Shown piece by piece: positions 38,938 through 51,300 of a DNA stretch of 64,000 nt (the stretch's first letter is position 1; each line of letters begins with the position of its first letter). The notes under the pieces are model-generated. The model was not told the DNA's origin, ran no database searches, and worked only from the letters and a program-made list of their open reading frames with translations. The stretch covers positions 43,712,001 through 43,776,000 of the forward strand of contig NC_087436.1 of NCBI RefSeq assembly GCF_036321535.1. Reading direction: 5' to 3'. Origin of the DNA: Camelus dromedarius (lineage: Eukaryota). The translations under genes were made by a program, and so were the position numbers.

Positions 38938-41742
38938 TTAAAACACTGCAGATAATTAGTAATATAAAAAAATTGGCCCTTGTTTGAAGTAAGCAGACTC
39001 AAGTTTGGCTGCCAGAGAGATTTTTGCTAATCAGCCAAGGAAACTTTCATTGGCCTCTTTTTAATCATTCAGTTCTCATTTGGCCTTTTGCTTTTTACTT
39101 TTTAACTTTTCATAACTTACAACTTGTCTTAATGTCTTAAAACTGCAGGGTCAGATTATTTTGGCATAATTTGTCTACATTTATATCTCACCAAGCTACA
39201 CCTGTAAGTCAAGGTATAAAATTAAGGAAGAGATTTCACCAAATCACAAAGTTATTCATATTTTAAAATAAAACCTCCAATGAAATAAAAATAAAGTTGA
39301 TTCTTTTTTAAAATGTTCTGCAGCTGACCACTAGTAAACAGAAACTATCTTTTTAAGATGAACTTCCTGTCCGTGTTTATTTCTTGGACAGCAATTCTCA
39401 ATCTCCTTGTTCAAGTTACTTTGCATGCTCCCTCAGCTCTAGCCATACTGGTCTTCTAGCTGTGGGTAAAACTCGGCTGGCAAACTCAACTGAGGGCTTT
39501 TGAACCCCTAGATAACAACATCGCTTGCTCCCTTGCTTGCTGAAGTCTTAAAATCATTTCTAGACAGATAACTCTTATCTCCCCTGCCTTATTTTTCTGC
39601 ATTGCACTTAACCTTCTAAGATTACTATAAAATATGTTTATTCTTTATCCTTCCTAGAAAATAAGACTGATGAAATCAGATTTTTGTCCGTTTTGCTTAG
39701 TGATGCATCCCTAGTCCCTGATACGTATCTACTCAAAAGATTTGTTGAATGAATTGTGTCATCTTAACTGAATCACTAAAGATACATACACAAAAATGTA
39801 TACGAGGGAACCTTAACCTCAGGCCTGGGATGATAATGCAGTGCAGGCTTGCCTAAGGATAAACCTCTGTCTTCTATAACATGGTTTTCTTAGAAACAGT
39901 TAAGCCAAGTGGAGAGAGTTTTATCTGTCTCCTCTGAGGCACTGGGGATGGAGCTGCTATAAGTTGGTATGCAGGCCTTTAGGCCTGTGACCAGAATGAC
40001 ATAATAGGTTGGTGGGCAAAAGGGGCTAAAGCTTTTACATATTAAGGTGACCCAAAACACCTTTGCCTTTATCTGTGGAAGCCATACATGTCTTGCAGAT
40101 AAAGGGTGAAAAAAGTAGTAGGTTTGGGTTAATTGCTGGGGCTGGGCCTCCAGATCAGATGGAGATTCTGTCCTCACTGTATCTTCTGCTTCGTACTCTT
40201 AAAAATTCAGTGAAAATATTAGATTAAAGCCTATTTGTGTCTCCTAAGTCTGTCAGCGAGAATCGGCTGCAGACAGAAACAGAATAATGTGTTTCAAGGT
40301 GACATCCATTAAGAGGGTACAAAGCCACTAAATACATTTCAAATCTCCAACTAAACATGAATTCTCACCAAAATTAACAGAATATTTTGGCATTTTAGAA
40401 ACAGGCTTTTGTCAATCAACCAAGCACCAATTTTAAAAATATACAAGTCATGAGGTATTTAGATGATGCCAGCATAACTCATAAGATGGAGGTACTTGTC
40501 AGAATTAATTATTAAAAACAATCAGGTGTGATTTAGTGCTACATAACCACATTCCACACCTCACACTCTCACTTCCCATCATGCTAATGAAAATGAAAAC
40601 AATGATCTCCACTGTCTGCTTGACCTCCACTGTCTGCTTGACCTCTGAGCACCATTCACAGGGTAACTCCCTCAATGAACATTTTCCTCATTTGGCTTCC
40701 TGGAGAGTTTTCTTCCTTCTCCGTTCCCTTTTCTGGACCCTCCCACTCTGCTCTCCCTTTACCTACTGCCTAGGGCTGAATTCAGTCCTGGGCTCCCTTT
40801 TTTTCTCTCTCCTGGGTTCCCTTCTTACGTGAACAGGCATCCTTTCTGAGGGTCTCTGGCTCTAAGCTCCCTGGCTCTATGCTGATAATATTCTCCAGCC
40901 CTAACCTTTCCCATTTAGCTACCCATTCCAACATTCAACTACCCATTTGATGCCTTCACTTGTTTATCTAAAGTATATCTCAAGCTTAAATAAACCTAGT
41001 TACCTCTTCCCCTTAGGAAAAAAAAAAGTATATCTTAAACTTAAATGGCAAAAATTGAACTCTCAAGTTTTAACAAACCTATTTTTTGTCTAGTTTTCCC
41101 CATCTCAGAAAACACCAGTGACAAAATTGTTGGCAGGGTAAAAAATAATGAAATCCTCCTTAATTCTTCTTTCCTTACACCCCACAGCCAATTCATTAGC
41201 ATTTTGGTCAACTCTACCTTTACAAAATATATCCTGAATGTGAATACTTGTTATTTCTTCCATCGCAACCACCAGTTGCAAGCTACCACGGTGCCTTGCC
41301 TGAACTTATGCAAAGGCATCCTAACATTTGCCTGCTTCTACTCCTCTTCCACTATCATCAGTTCTCCAGATAACAGCCAGAATGATCATTCAAATGTGCA
41401 GCTAAAATCATGTCCATCTCTTGAACAAAACCCTCCATGGTTTTCTTATTATACTGAGAATAAAATCCAAAATCCTTACTATGGCCAATAGGCCCTATTC
41501 GATCTGGCCTGGGGCTCTTGCTCTAACTTCATCACTCACAGTTTCTTCCAGAGTGCTCATTCCAACCACAGCACACCATCCTTCTGTTCCTTAAACATGC
41601 TAAGGCCATTTCCATCTCAAGGCTTTTGGTCTTGCTGCTCTCTAGCCTGCCTGCCACACCTGTAGGGATTACTTTCTGTTCAGTCAGGTCTCTACAAATG
41701 CTACTTTCTCAAAATTAGGCTTTCTCTTTCACCCACGGAGTT

Positions 41743-41892
41743 GGGGGTAGGGTACAGCTCAAGTGGTAGAGCACATGCTTAGCATGCATGAGGTCCTGAG
41801 TTAAATTCCCAGTATCTCCATCAAAAAACTAAATAAAATAAAATAAAAAATAAACCTAATTACCCACCCCAAATAAATAAATAAAAATAAAA
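41743..41892 (+). mobile_element. tRNA-derived SINE, same family
   Basis: CAGCTCAAGTGGTAGAGCACATGCTTAGCATG...AAACCTAATTACCC followed by an A-rich tail. Confidence 0.85.
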
Positions 41893-44700
41893 TTCCCTCC
41901 CGGTCAACCTTAACCCTCCCTGCCCTCTCAGTCCCCCACTTCCTATACTTGTGTCCTCTTATCCCACCTGGAAATACAGTTTTCTTGTCTGCCCCACTAG
42001 AATATAAACACTATGAAGGTAGGACTTCAGGGTGACCACAACTTCAGCATTTATTGAATAGTTACATAATATATCTAAAAGGATCTAATAAACTGTAAAG
42101 TGTTAAGCATTTCAAGTTATTTTGTAAAGGGGTAGGACTACAGAATTACAAACTACAAATGTAGGCTATGACTGTCACTACAGCAGGATCCACTGCTACC
42201 CTTCCCTTCTGGAAAAACTACAAATTATAAAGGGCAGACTACCAGCTCTTTAATTCTTTCACTGTTAAAGCCACTATTTAAGGAAATAGTGGACAGAACT
42301 GCACAGAAAGTCCCAAGTCTCCCAGATGTCAGACGTTTCCCATCATTCTCATATCTCAGATACTCTCCTTCTTTTCTTCTAAGGATTTTCTGTGGGTTGG
42401 AGAATTAAGTTCAGAACACCTTGTCGAGTTTGAATAATCACTTTTCTGCAATTTTTGATCTTAAAAATATATTCTGTAGATAATCATTTTAGAGTAAGAT
42501 ATGGATTAAGCAGCAAATAACAAGCCATGGTACAAATTTGCTTCCCTACACAATGCTTGAGGAAAATCAGGAAGTTATATGGCAGTACTTTTGTTACAAT
42601 TTTGATCTTCAAGGTTTACTTTCTCAGTGTCCCATGAGAATAAACGTGTGTTGTCAATCCATACGCTCCAAATCAAACTCATTATCTTTCCTACCCATGT
42701 CTGTTCTACTCATCATCCTCATTTTATCAAGGCTGACATATTCCACTTAGTTAACGAATCAAGCTATTTACTAGCTGTATGGATTTTGAACAAGTTACCT
42801 CATCTTTCCATGGTCTATAAAATACGAACAGAAATTATACCCACATAATAGAATTGTTTTAAGAATTAATCAAAATAATGTATATAAAACAATTTTCATT
42901 CCTGTTATATAGCACACACTCAATAATACATAACCATTATTATTTATCATTTTATCATTTACCAATCTGTCATTAAGTCCTATCATTTCAAACTTTGGAA
43001 TGACTCTTATCTCTATCCAGTGTTTTCCACAACTACAGTCACTATAATATGGAAACCTAGTTTATAAACTGTTCTAGAATCATCCATCCTTCACATAAGC
43101 TGTGTAACCTGTCTAAAACACAAAATTTTGTGACTCTGATGTCAAAACTTTCAACGTTAGAAATTCCTTAGCACCTTTTTTGTAACATAATATCTGTTTT
43201 TTTTTTTTTTAAATTGTTAAATGAACCACTGGCTTCAGGAGCTTTAAACAAAAAATAAAAGTTACTGTGTAACAATGCCAGTTACTTTACATACATTGTT
43301 TTAAATCCTCAAAATCCTTCTAGGTTGTTTCTTTTAACAAAGGCTCAAAGGTTAAGTGGCTTGTCTAAAGCTAGCTGGGTAAGTAAGTTCAGGTATGTTT
43401 GACTACCACATTGACCATCTTTTAGTAAAATCTCCTGCAACCTGTCACCATGCAGTCTGTGTTCTGACTCAGGAATTCTTAACCTGAAGCCCATGGAATT
43501 TGGGGTGAGTTTTAAGAATTCTTGTGAATTCTATGAAATTTTTAAAAGATAAATTTTAAGGAAAGATAAAACCATGACTTTTGTACAAATATAAAATGAA
43601 CACGTCGGAGATTTTAATTTAAGCAATTAACCAGGGAACTAGTTAAGCGTTAGAAACCAGTTCAAAGAAGAATTCAAAAACTAGACACACACAAATACAA
43701 GCAATCAGGAATGTTGAAATAAATTTGTTAATAGATGCAATCACAATCTGGGCAATAATTGCAAGATTAGTTTCCATTATTATTGTTTTCTACAACTTCC
43801 ACAATTGTAAAATAGCTCAAGACAGTGGAAGTCTGAGATAACCTGGGAGAGTAAGCTAGGTAAGACATCCAGTAGATATTTTTTCTTGGCCATTTCAACG
43901 TCTTTCACAATTTTTCAAAAAAAAAAAATTATAGCAAAATGTTTTAACATGTGCATGCATTTTCCTGGAGTTTCATCCATAGCTTTTCATGTTTTAAAAG
44001 GAAATGGTGTTCCCAAAGGGTTAAGAACCATTGTTCCAGTCACAGTTGACTATTCTGCGGTACCCACTTTCCTGTCTCTGCGCCTTTGCTTTAAGTGAGT
44101 CTTCTCGTCTTACCTGCCTTATAAACGCCTATTCAATTTTCAAAACCCAGGTTAAAAGGCATCTTACTCTCTGTAGCTTTCCACTATCACATCTCCCCTC
44201 ATCAACTGCCTCCCCATCCGTTTTCCCTTAAGTAGGTCTATTAACGCATTCAGTATACGGTATTTAACGCTTATTTTTCGCTAGCTTCCTCCCATAACTG
44301 AATTTTCAACTCTGTGAATGACAAGGACTAAAGTCCTGAAAAAAGAAAATGACTTAAATTTAAAATACAAATCCTCACATAAGCTATCCTTTGGCCACCA
44401 AAACTCAAAAATTTCCCAAGTAAAGCATTTTCCCCTTTGACTAGTGCCCCTCTCTGTACCCGTCCTTCCACGCGGAAGCCGCCAAAAGCGGGACCGGCCC
44501 CAAATCTTCCAATACCTGACAACACGCGCCCCCAATCACTGACAATTGGAACTACAAGGGCTGCCAGAGGACTTTTGCGCTTGCGCACAGAGAACCAGGA
44601 CCAGCGAACTGATGGGTTCGTGGGAGGGGACGGGGTGAGAGGGACGATAGATGATAGAATGGACTACATGAAAAAGGACTGAGAGGAATTTAGACCTCAC

Positions 44701-44830
44701 CCAACCTGGGCGACCGTACAGTCCACTTGGAACTTACTCCGTTCAATTCCCAAAATACAGGGCCAGAGACTGCGTCCTTCAGTGCTTCCCGTCTCCTGAT
44801 CCTTATAGTCGTCTTTGTTTCCGCGTCATA
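44701..44830 (-). other. LARP7: Probable LARP7 non-coding first exon (5' end approximate)
   Basis: Lies in the CpG island; strong minus-strand donor TTGG|gtgagg at 44701/44700. The first coding exon has an acceptor 2 nt before its ATG, so an upstream exon is required. Confidence 0.6.
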
Positions 44831-45039
44831 GGATGAGCGACACCCCTCTCCGATACGCCTTGGAAAGGAAGGCCCAGAGGCTGTGCGTCCGTCGTTTACG
44901 TCACGGGAGTGGGCTGGCTCGGAGTGTAGGGCGGGGCATTGGAGAACGCGGCCGCGCAGGAAGCTCGCAGCCAGTGAGGAATTTGATTGGCGGTTTAGAA
45001 AAGGCAGTTCCGCCCGGGGCCTTGGCGGGCGGGCTAAAC

Positions 45040-45105
45040 GTCGGGTCTTGATCTGGTGTGGTCGCGATTCGATGACGTCGCAGACTTCGCGGGAGAAATT
45101 CGAGG
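45040..45105 (+). other. ZGRF1: Probable ZGRF1 non-coding first exon (start approximate; alternative donor at 45253/45254)
   Basis: Strong donor GAGG|gtgagt at 45105/45106 inside the CpG island. Confidence 0.55.
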
Positions 45106-48100
45106 GTGAGTTTTGCGTAATAGACGGGTGAAGTGAGCTTTTTCCCGGGGTTTCCGGGGAGTGAGGGTGGATAGGCCAGGGGTTTGGGCTAGAAGCGGTG
45201 TCGCCGATTTGGCGTGACGCGACAAAGGAATTTGCTCCCTCAGAAGAGGACCGGTAAGGGTGCTGTGTGGAACCCCGATTCGGTCACAGCTTGTTCCGAC
45301 TCCCTGTAATTATTGGCGTCTCGTCTTCACCGCCTTCCCCAGCTTTGCAATTCCCGTGTGAAAACCAGAGATAGTTTTGCTGTTTGTTTTTAGGACTGAC
45401 AAAGAGTCAATTCTCCATTGTCATTTGGTTACACAGAATCATGGTAATTAGAATGTAGGCAAATAAGATGTGGGCTTCTTTTGGTTAGTTAGTTGGACTG
45501 GATGGTTTCTTAACAGGCTTTGGGGTTCATGACTCTTAAGCTTTTAAATCTGTGAACCATTTAGGGATTCGAAAGGTCCTTCTTGTTCCAAAACAGGAGG
45601 ACCAAAAACATCTCGTAGTACTTAGCAGAATAATAGCTCATATTTTAGTGATAACATTGAATTTTATACACAAGTGTATAAAACACAATAATGTATGTGT
45701 ATGTATTTGTGTGAAGATACGTATGTATTTCTGAATGTATGTAATTATTAAAGAACATCTGGGGTCTCCACGCCAAAGACTTAATATGCACATTAAGCTT
45801 TTACTCGTTAGCGGTGGATCAACACATAAATTTTTACAGATGTGGGTAGATTAAGACTTTCAGAAAGCTTTTTATATTTGCACCTCACTTAAATATATGA
45901 TGCTAAAAACATTTTTTCTGTTCAATGGTTAAGGAAAGGGTGTTGACTCTCCTTTGGGAATAAGGGCTCATCTAAATATTTTAAGATCCAGTTAGCCTTT
46001 TCTTTTGAGGTTTAACGTTGCAGTCTAATTTACCAGTTATGAGAGTTTGGACCTTCTCAGTTCCTTTTAAATTGTAAATACTACAAGTAATATTTCTGAC
46101 TTAGGAAAACAATGGGATTTATTTTGCAGTTCCTAAATAGCATCTAAGTGATTCTAAATTAGTAAATACTGGATTCCTAATCTGTAAATTGTGATGGTAA
46201 TAACTACTTTTTAGGATTATGAAGCTGATAAATATATGTAAAAGATCTACTCCAATTTTTGCCTGACACAGTAGGTATTCAATAGTCACATAATGTTGTT
46301 TTTGTGAATATAAGCACAGAATTTAGACTGCTTAGTTTTGAATTCTGAATCTGTCATTTATTTACTCTATACTCTCAGGCAAATTTACCTATTATGCACC
46401 TCAGTTTCCTTTTTTGTAAATTGAATATAAAAAATAGTATCTATACCATAAGGTGTGAACATTGAAAGCATTTTAATAGTGTCTAGTGTATAATTGCACT
46501 GAAGAAGTAATAGCTGTTATTAAAGAGATCTGATGTTAATAATTGCCACATGCCAAGCACTGTGTTAACACCATGTAGTCTCATCTACATATATAGAATA
46601 TCTAACCCATTCAGTGGCCAGAAGCAAGTTGCTGTAAAAGCAGCAGTGAGTGCTATGTTTTCCTGGACCTCTCTGTTATCTTCTTGGGGTTCATTAGACA
46701 TCTAGCAATCCTGTGGGCTGGAGGGGAGGGATACAGGATATGGGTGTTACATTTCTAAAAGGCAGTGTCCCTACCTGTGAACTTTGTCGTGGGACAAGTA
46801 TTCATATCTCACTTGCCTCCCCCTTTCCCTCTCCTTTCTCCATTCAGCAGCCAGAGCAATCTCTGTAAAACCCATGTCAGATTGTATAATCTTATTCTTA
46901 AAATCCTGCCTTAGCTTCATACTGTCTTTATAGAAAGTCCGAATGACTTAGCATAAAAGAGAAGTCCCTCTGAATCCTGTTATTGCTCATGTTTTCAGTC
47001 TTATCTCTCACAACTCACTATCTTACACTTGATTGTACTCCTTAGAGTTCCTTAATTATGCCTTGCTCTTTTCCACAGGCCTTTGTACATGTTAATTCCT
47101 ATCTGGAATTATCTTCCCTGGCATTTTTCCTTGATTAATGGTTATTTCAATTAACAGCTTAGACATGGCTTTCAGGAAGCCTAGCTTGATGGCCTAGACC
47201 ATGTTGGGTGCCCCTCTTGCCTTATTTAATTGCAATTACTGTTTATCACCCTACTCTACTGAAAATTCCTTGAGACAAGGAACAGTATTTTTGTTCATTT
47301 TAGTATCTCAGCCTAACACAATGTCTACACACAGTAAGTACTAAATATATGTAATTTACAAATAATATGTAGGTGGCCTTTTTTATATGTTTTATATGTA
47401 TAAAGGAGTAATTTAACCCAGAATTACAAATTATAGCTTTATTGACACCCTTGCACACCTCCCCTGCAACCCACCCCAGATTTCAAACTTGAGCATGTAT
47501 CACTATAACTTGCAGGACTTGTTAAATCATAGGCTGCTGGGACCCAACCCCAGATTTTCTGATTTAGTAGGTCAGGGTTGGGACCCAAGAATTTGAATTT
47601 CTAACTAGTTCCCAGCTGATGCTAATGCTGTTGTCCCAGGGATCAAGGGCAGTAGTTTAGGGGAAAAAAAAAATAATTTTCTTTGGCATCTCCATTTTTC
47701 AATTCACTGTCAGTGATTTTAGATTTCCAAATTTGCCTACAAAAACAATTTTATCCAATAGCGTAAGATAACTACAGTACTCACTGCAATGATATTGAAA
47801 AGGTTTTTCCTTGGAGAGGTATTATAATGTATAATTGGTCTTAGATACTGTGTTGTGTTAACTTCATGATGTAAAAGGAAAAATTTGAAATGCAAGTGGG
47901 CCATCTTGTGGTGACTGAAGCAATTCAGAAAAATGTTTAAAATTGAAGCTCTTTCTGTAAGGAACCAAGCAAGGGGGAAGAGGGGAGAAATCATATTTTC
48001 TGATACATATTATGGCATCTGAACAAAGGGTTTGCAGTCTGCTAATTATTTTATATATTGTACTTTTCTCTTTACTTGACAAATTCTTTTCCCACAGTGT

Positions 48101-48355
48101 GGTGTCAACTATTCTATTGTGTCCTCAGTGACAGATAATTTGATTACACCTGTGTTTACCTTGATAGTTACATAGTCTCGGAACGCTTAGATTCCTCACT
48201 CTGGTCAAGAGTTTTTGGGGAAAAATTGTATTTGATATTTAATCTTTTCATTAGGATTGAATATTCTTTGTCATTTTTGATTTTAGGTGGTATAAATAGT
48301 TGAATAACCACTGATAATTTTCTGGATCTGACTATATATAATTTCAGAAGGAACA

Positions 48356-48376
48356 ATGGAACACCAAGAATTTATT
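48356..48376 (+). CDS. ZGRF1: ZGRF1 coding exon 1 (exon begins at 48287)
   Basis: ATG GAA CAC CAA GAA TTT ATT|gtaagt; acceptor ttttag at 48281-48286. Confidence 0.92.
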
Positions 48377-51300
48377 GTAAGTCTTACCAGTTTTCACTGT
48401 TTCCTTTTTTCTTTCTTCCTTCCACAATTCACAAATATTTTTCTAGATTTAGCAAAACAAAACAAAACAAAACAACAAACCCAAAACTTAAAAGCAGCAC
48501 ACTCAGTTAAACTTGAATGTCAGATAAACAGTGAGTAATTTTTTAGTATAACTGTGTATGTCTCAAATATTGTCCTATATTCTATGTGGCAACCCTGTAT
48601 TTTGCCTGCTGTTCATCTTGGTTATACAAAGTCCTTTGGAACAAATTCTTTGGAAGCTTGGGACTTCTTTCTCTTGAAGAACTGGCATGCCTCTTCTATG
48701 TAGATTAGTGGTCCTTACCCTGTTTGATCTTAGGACCCTTTCATACTCTTAAATTAAAATTATTGAGGATCCCAAAGAATTTTTGATTATGGGGCTATAT
48801 CTATTGCTGTCTTTCATATTAGAAATTATAATGGAAGTTTTAAAAATGTTTATTAATTCACTAAAAAATAGTAAACCCGTTACATTTAACATAAATTATA
48901 TTTTGTAATGAAAAGTTTATTGTTCAAAAATAGTAACAACAGAAAAAAGCATATTGTAAAGAGTAGCATTGCTGTACATTTTTGCCAAATCTCTTTAACA
49001 TTTGACTTAATAGAAGACAGCTAGATTCTCCAATCTGCTTCTGCATTTAATCTGAAATTGAATCTTGCAGTATTGCACGTGTTTAACCATGGGAGCCTCC
49101 ACCAAGCATGACCAAGGAACTGAGATTAAAAGGCAAATGACATCATGAAAATAGTTTTGAATTCACAGAACTCTGAAAAAACTCTTGAGGGGGACACCTC
49201 TAGGAGTCTCTGGACTCCTGGACCTTGAGAACTGTACAGTTTTTCCCATCCCACCAGTGACTAGGAAGCTCAAAATTATTTTGTTTGTCAGTTAACTTTT
49301 CAGTTTCTTCCTTAGGTTTTACCTCTCTTTTCCCCCTCCCTTGCCTTTTACTACCTGGTTTTTTTTTTTCCCCCATTGATGTTTTGTTGTTACTGTTATG
49401 ATATCTGTGCTTTTATTTTGATAAAAGAGATCTTAAATATGTTTTGTATGTAGGAAGAGTATAAAAATATGTAACATTTAATACCTATAAATGGAGACCA
49501 TTTCTTTCCTTTGTATTTTTGGAAATAAGGTACTATATACTCATCAAAAGATGAAGAAGTCAAAAGTGTGGCAAGACGGAATTCTAAAGATCACTCACTT
49601 AGGAAACAAAGTAAGTGCAAAGCAGTTGACTGCAGAGCCCAAGAGGGGTTCTTGCCTTTTGACTGAATATTAAAAAAAACTCTGTGGATGATAAAATCTT
49701 AGATATGTCCATAAACTGACATGTTGTGAAAACAGTTGTCAAATGATTCCCACATCACAATGATTAACTTGAATTACAAAATTTCAGTTAATACTATTTC
49801 ATATATATTGATTTTTTTTATTTTTGAATTAGATTTTCTTTCTTTAGAAGCTTGTCAGGAATTTTGGCACATTTTTTCTTTGTAGATAGTAAGAGTTTAG
49901 CTATACAGAAAAAAATAACCTGTTAAAATATATTTCTAATACTGTAATGCTCACAGTGAAATGGTACATATAGAATTGACATACCATTTTAGAAGAGCTG
50001 CCAGTTTCTGAAATTATGTATAGAATTCTCTTCTATTTTTGGATTTTCCTTGAATCTGTTATTTTATCATATGATTCTGTCACCCTTGGGAGAATTATTT
50101 ACTAGAATTATTACTTCTCTGTGGGTTTCTTTTCCCACCATTATCTCCAACTGCCAAATTTTATTGTTCTCTTACCAGTTCTCATGACCTTATTTAACAT
50201 CCTTTTTCCTCAATTTTTCATAACACCTCTTGTTCATTAGATTTCTGTGACAACACACTCTCTTGATGTTATTTACTGACCACTTCTAAGTATTTTCTGT
50301 GGGCTCATTCTCTTCCCATACTTAAAATTTTTACTCAGGACTCAGGCATACGTGCTTCCGTAAAAAGACAAATCAATCTCTCTCTTTACTTGATACATTT
50401 AAAGCAATATGCCTGGTACATAGTAAGCACTTGATAGGTTTTTAAAAAAAAATCAAAACAGGGTGGTGGGAAAAATGGGTGAAGGAGGTCAAAAGGTACA
50501 AACTTCCACTTCCAAAATAAACAAGTCATGGTGCTATAATGTACAATATAGCAACTATAGTTAATAATACTGTATTATATATTTGAAAATTGCAGAGAGT
50601 AAATCTTAAAGTCTTCATCACAAGAAAAAGAATTTTTGTAACTACGGATGGTGATGGATGGTAGCTAGACTTATGATCATTTTGCAGTGCATACAAATAT
50701 CAAATCATTGAGTTGTACACCTGGAAATTATATATATATCAAAAATATACCTTGATAAAATAAATAAATGACTAAAGCAGATTGCTCTCACTGTGGGTGG
50801 GCTTCATCCAATCAGTGGAAGGCCTAAATAGAAAAAAAAAGGAGAAAACTAGTTTTGCCTTAAGCTTTCAAGTTCAACTTATAAATCCTATTCAATTTAT
50901 AAACCTAGTTTAGTTTAACTTCTAGTTGAGTCCTTGCTTAATATTTAATCAACTTTAGTTGAACAAGCTAGATACTTTTAAGCTAATTAATCCATTCACT
51001 GTCCAATGTGATCCTGTATTCTTTTATGTTGTTCCTATTCAGTTAAGGCCAAGTCTTTAAAATTTTATAGATTTTGTGTTATATTAATAAGATATATGAT
51101 TAGATTCTGCCTGTCCTGCAAGTCTTCTAATACAGAATCACTGTATTAACCATATGCTAGTGGTATTATCCAATTTTATCTTCAACTCTAGCATATATTT
51201 ATTGATATACCTCAACTGGTAGGTTATAAGAAAACAAAATAAATACAAGTTAGTCCCAGAGGTTTTGTGTGATCCAGAGAAGCCAATAATCTCATATCCT

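Larger units (their letters stand above)
44460..45330. promoter_or_regulatory. CpG island / bidirectional promoter of LARP7 (-) and ZGRF1 (+)
   Basis: Only CpG-dense stretch in the window. NRF1-like TGCGCTTGCGCA 44576-44587; CRE-like TTACGTCA 44896-44903 and TGACGTCG 45073-45080; GC box 44929-44937; ATTGG 44938-44942 and 44986-44990. Confidence 0.9.

Noticed and set aside
40607..40643. 18-bp tandem duplication (also an 11-bp duplication at ~31278-31301)
   Set aside because: Ordinary slippage duplications in intronic or repeat DNA with no sign of function.
41045..41491. 148-aa ORF (also the 138-aa ORF at 6425-6841)
   Set aside because: Both lie in L2-like repeat sequence, have no exon structure and resemble no known protein.
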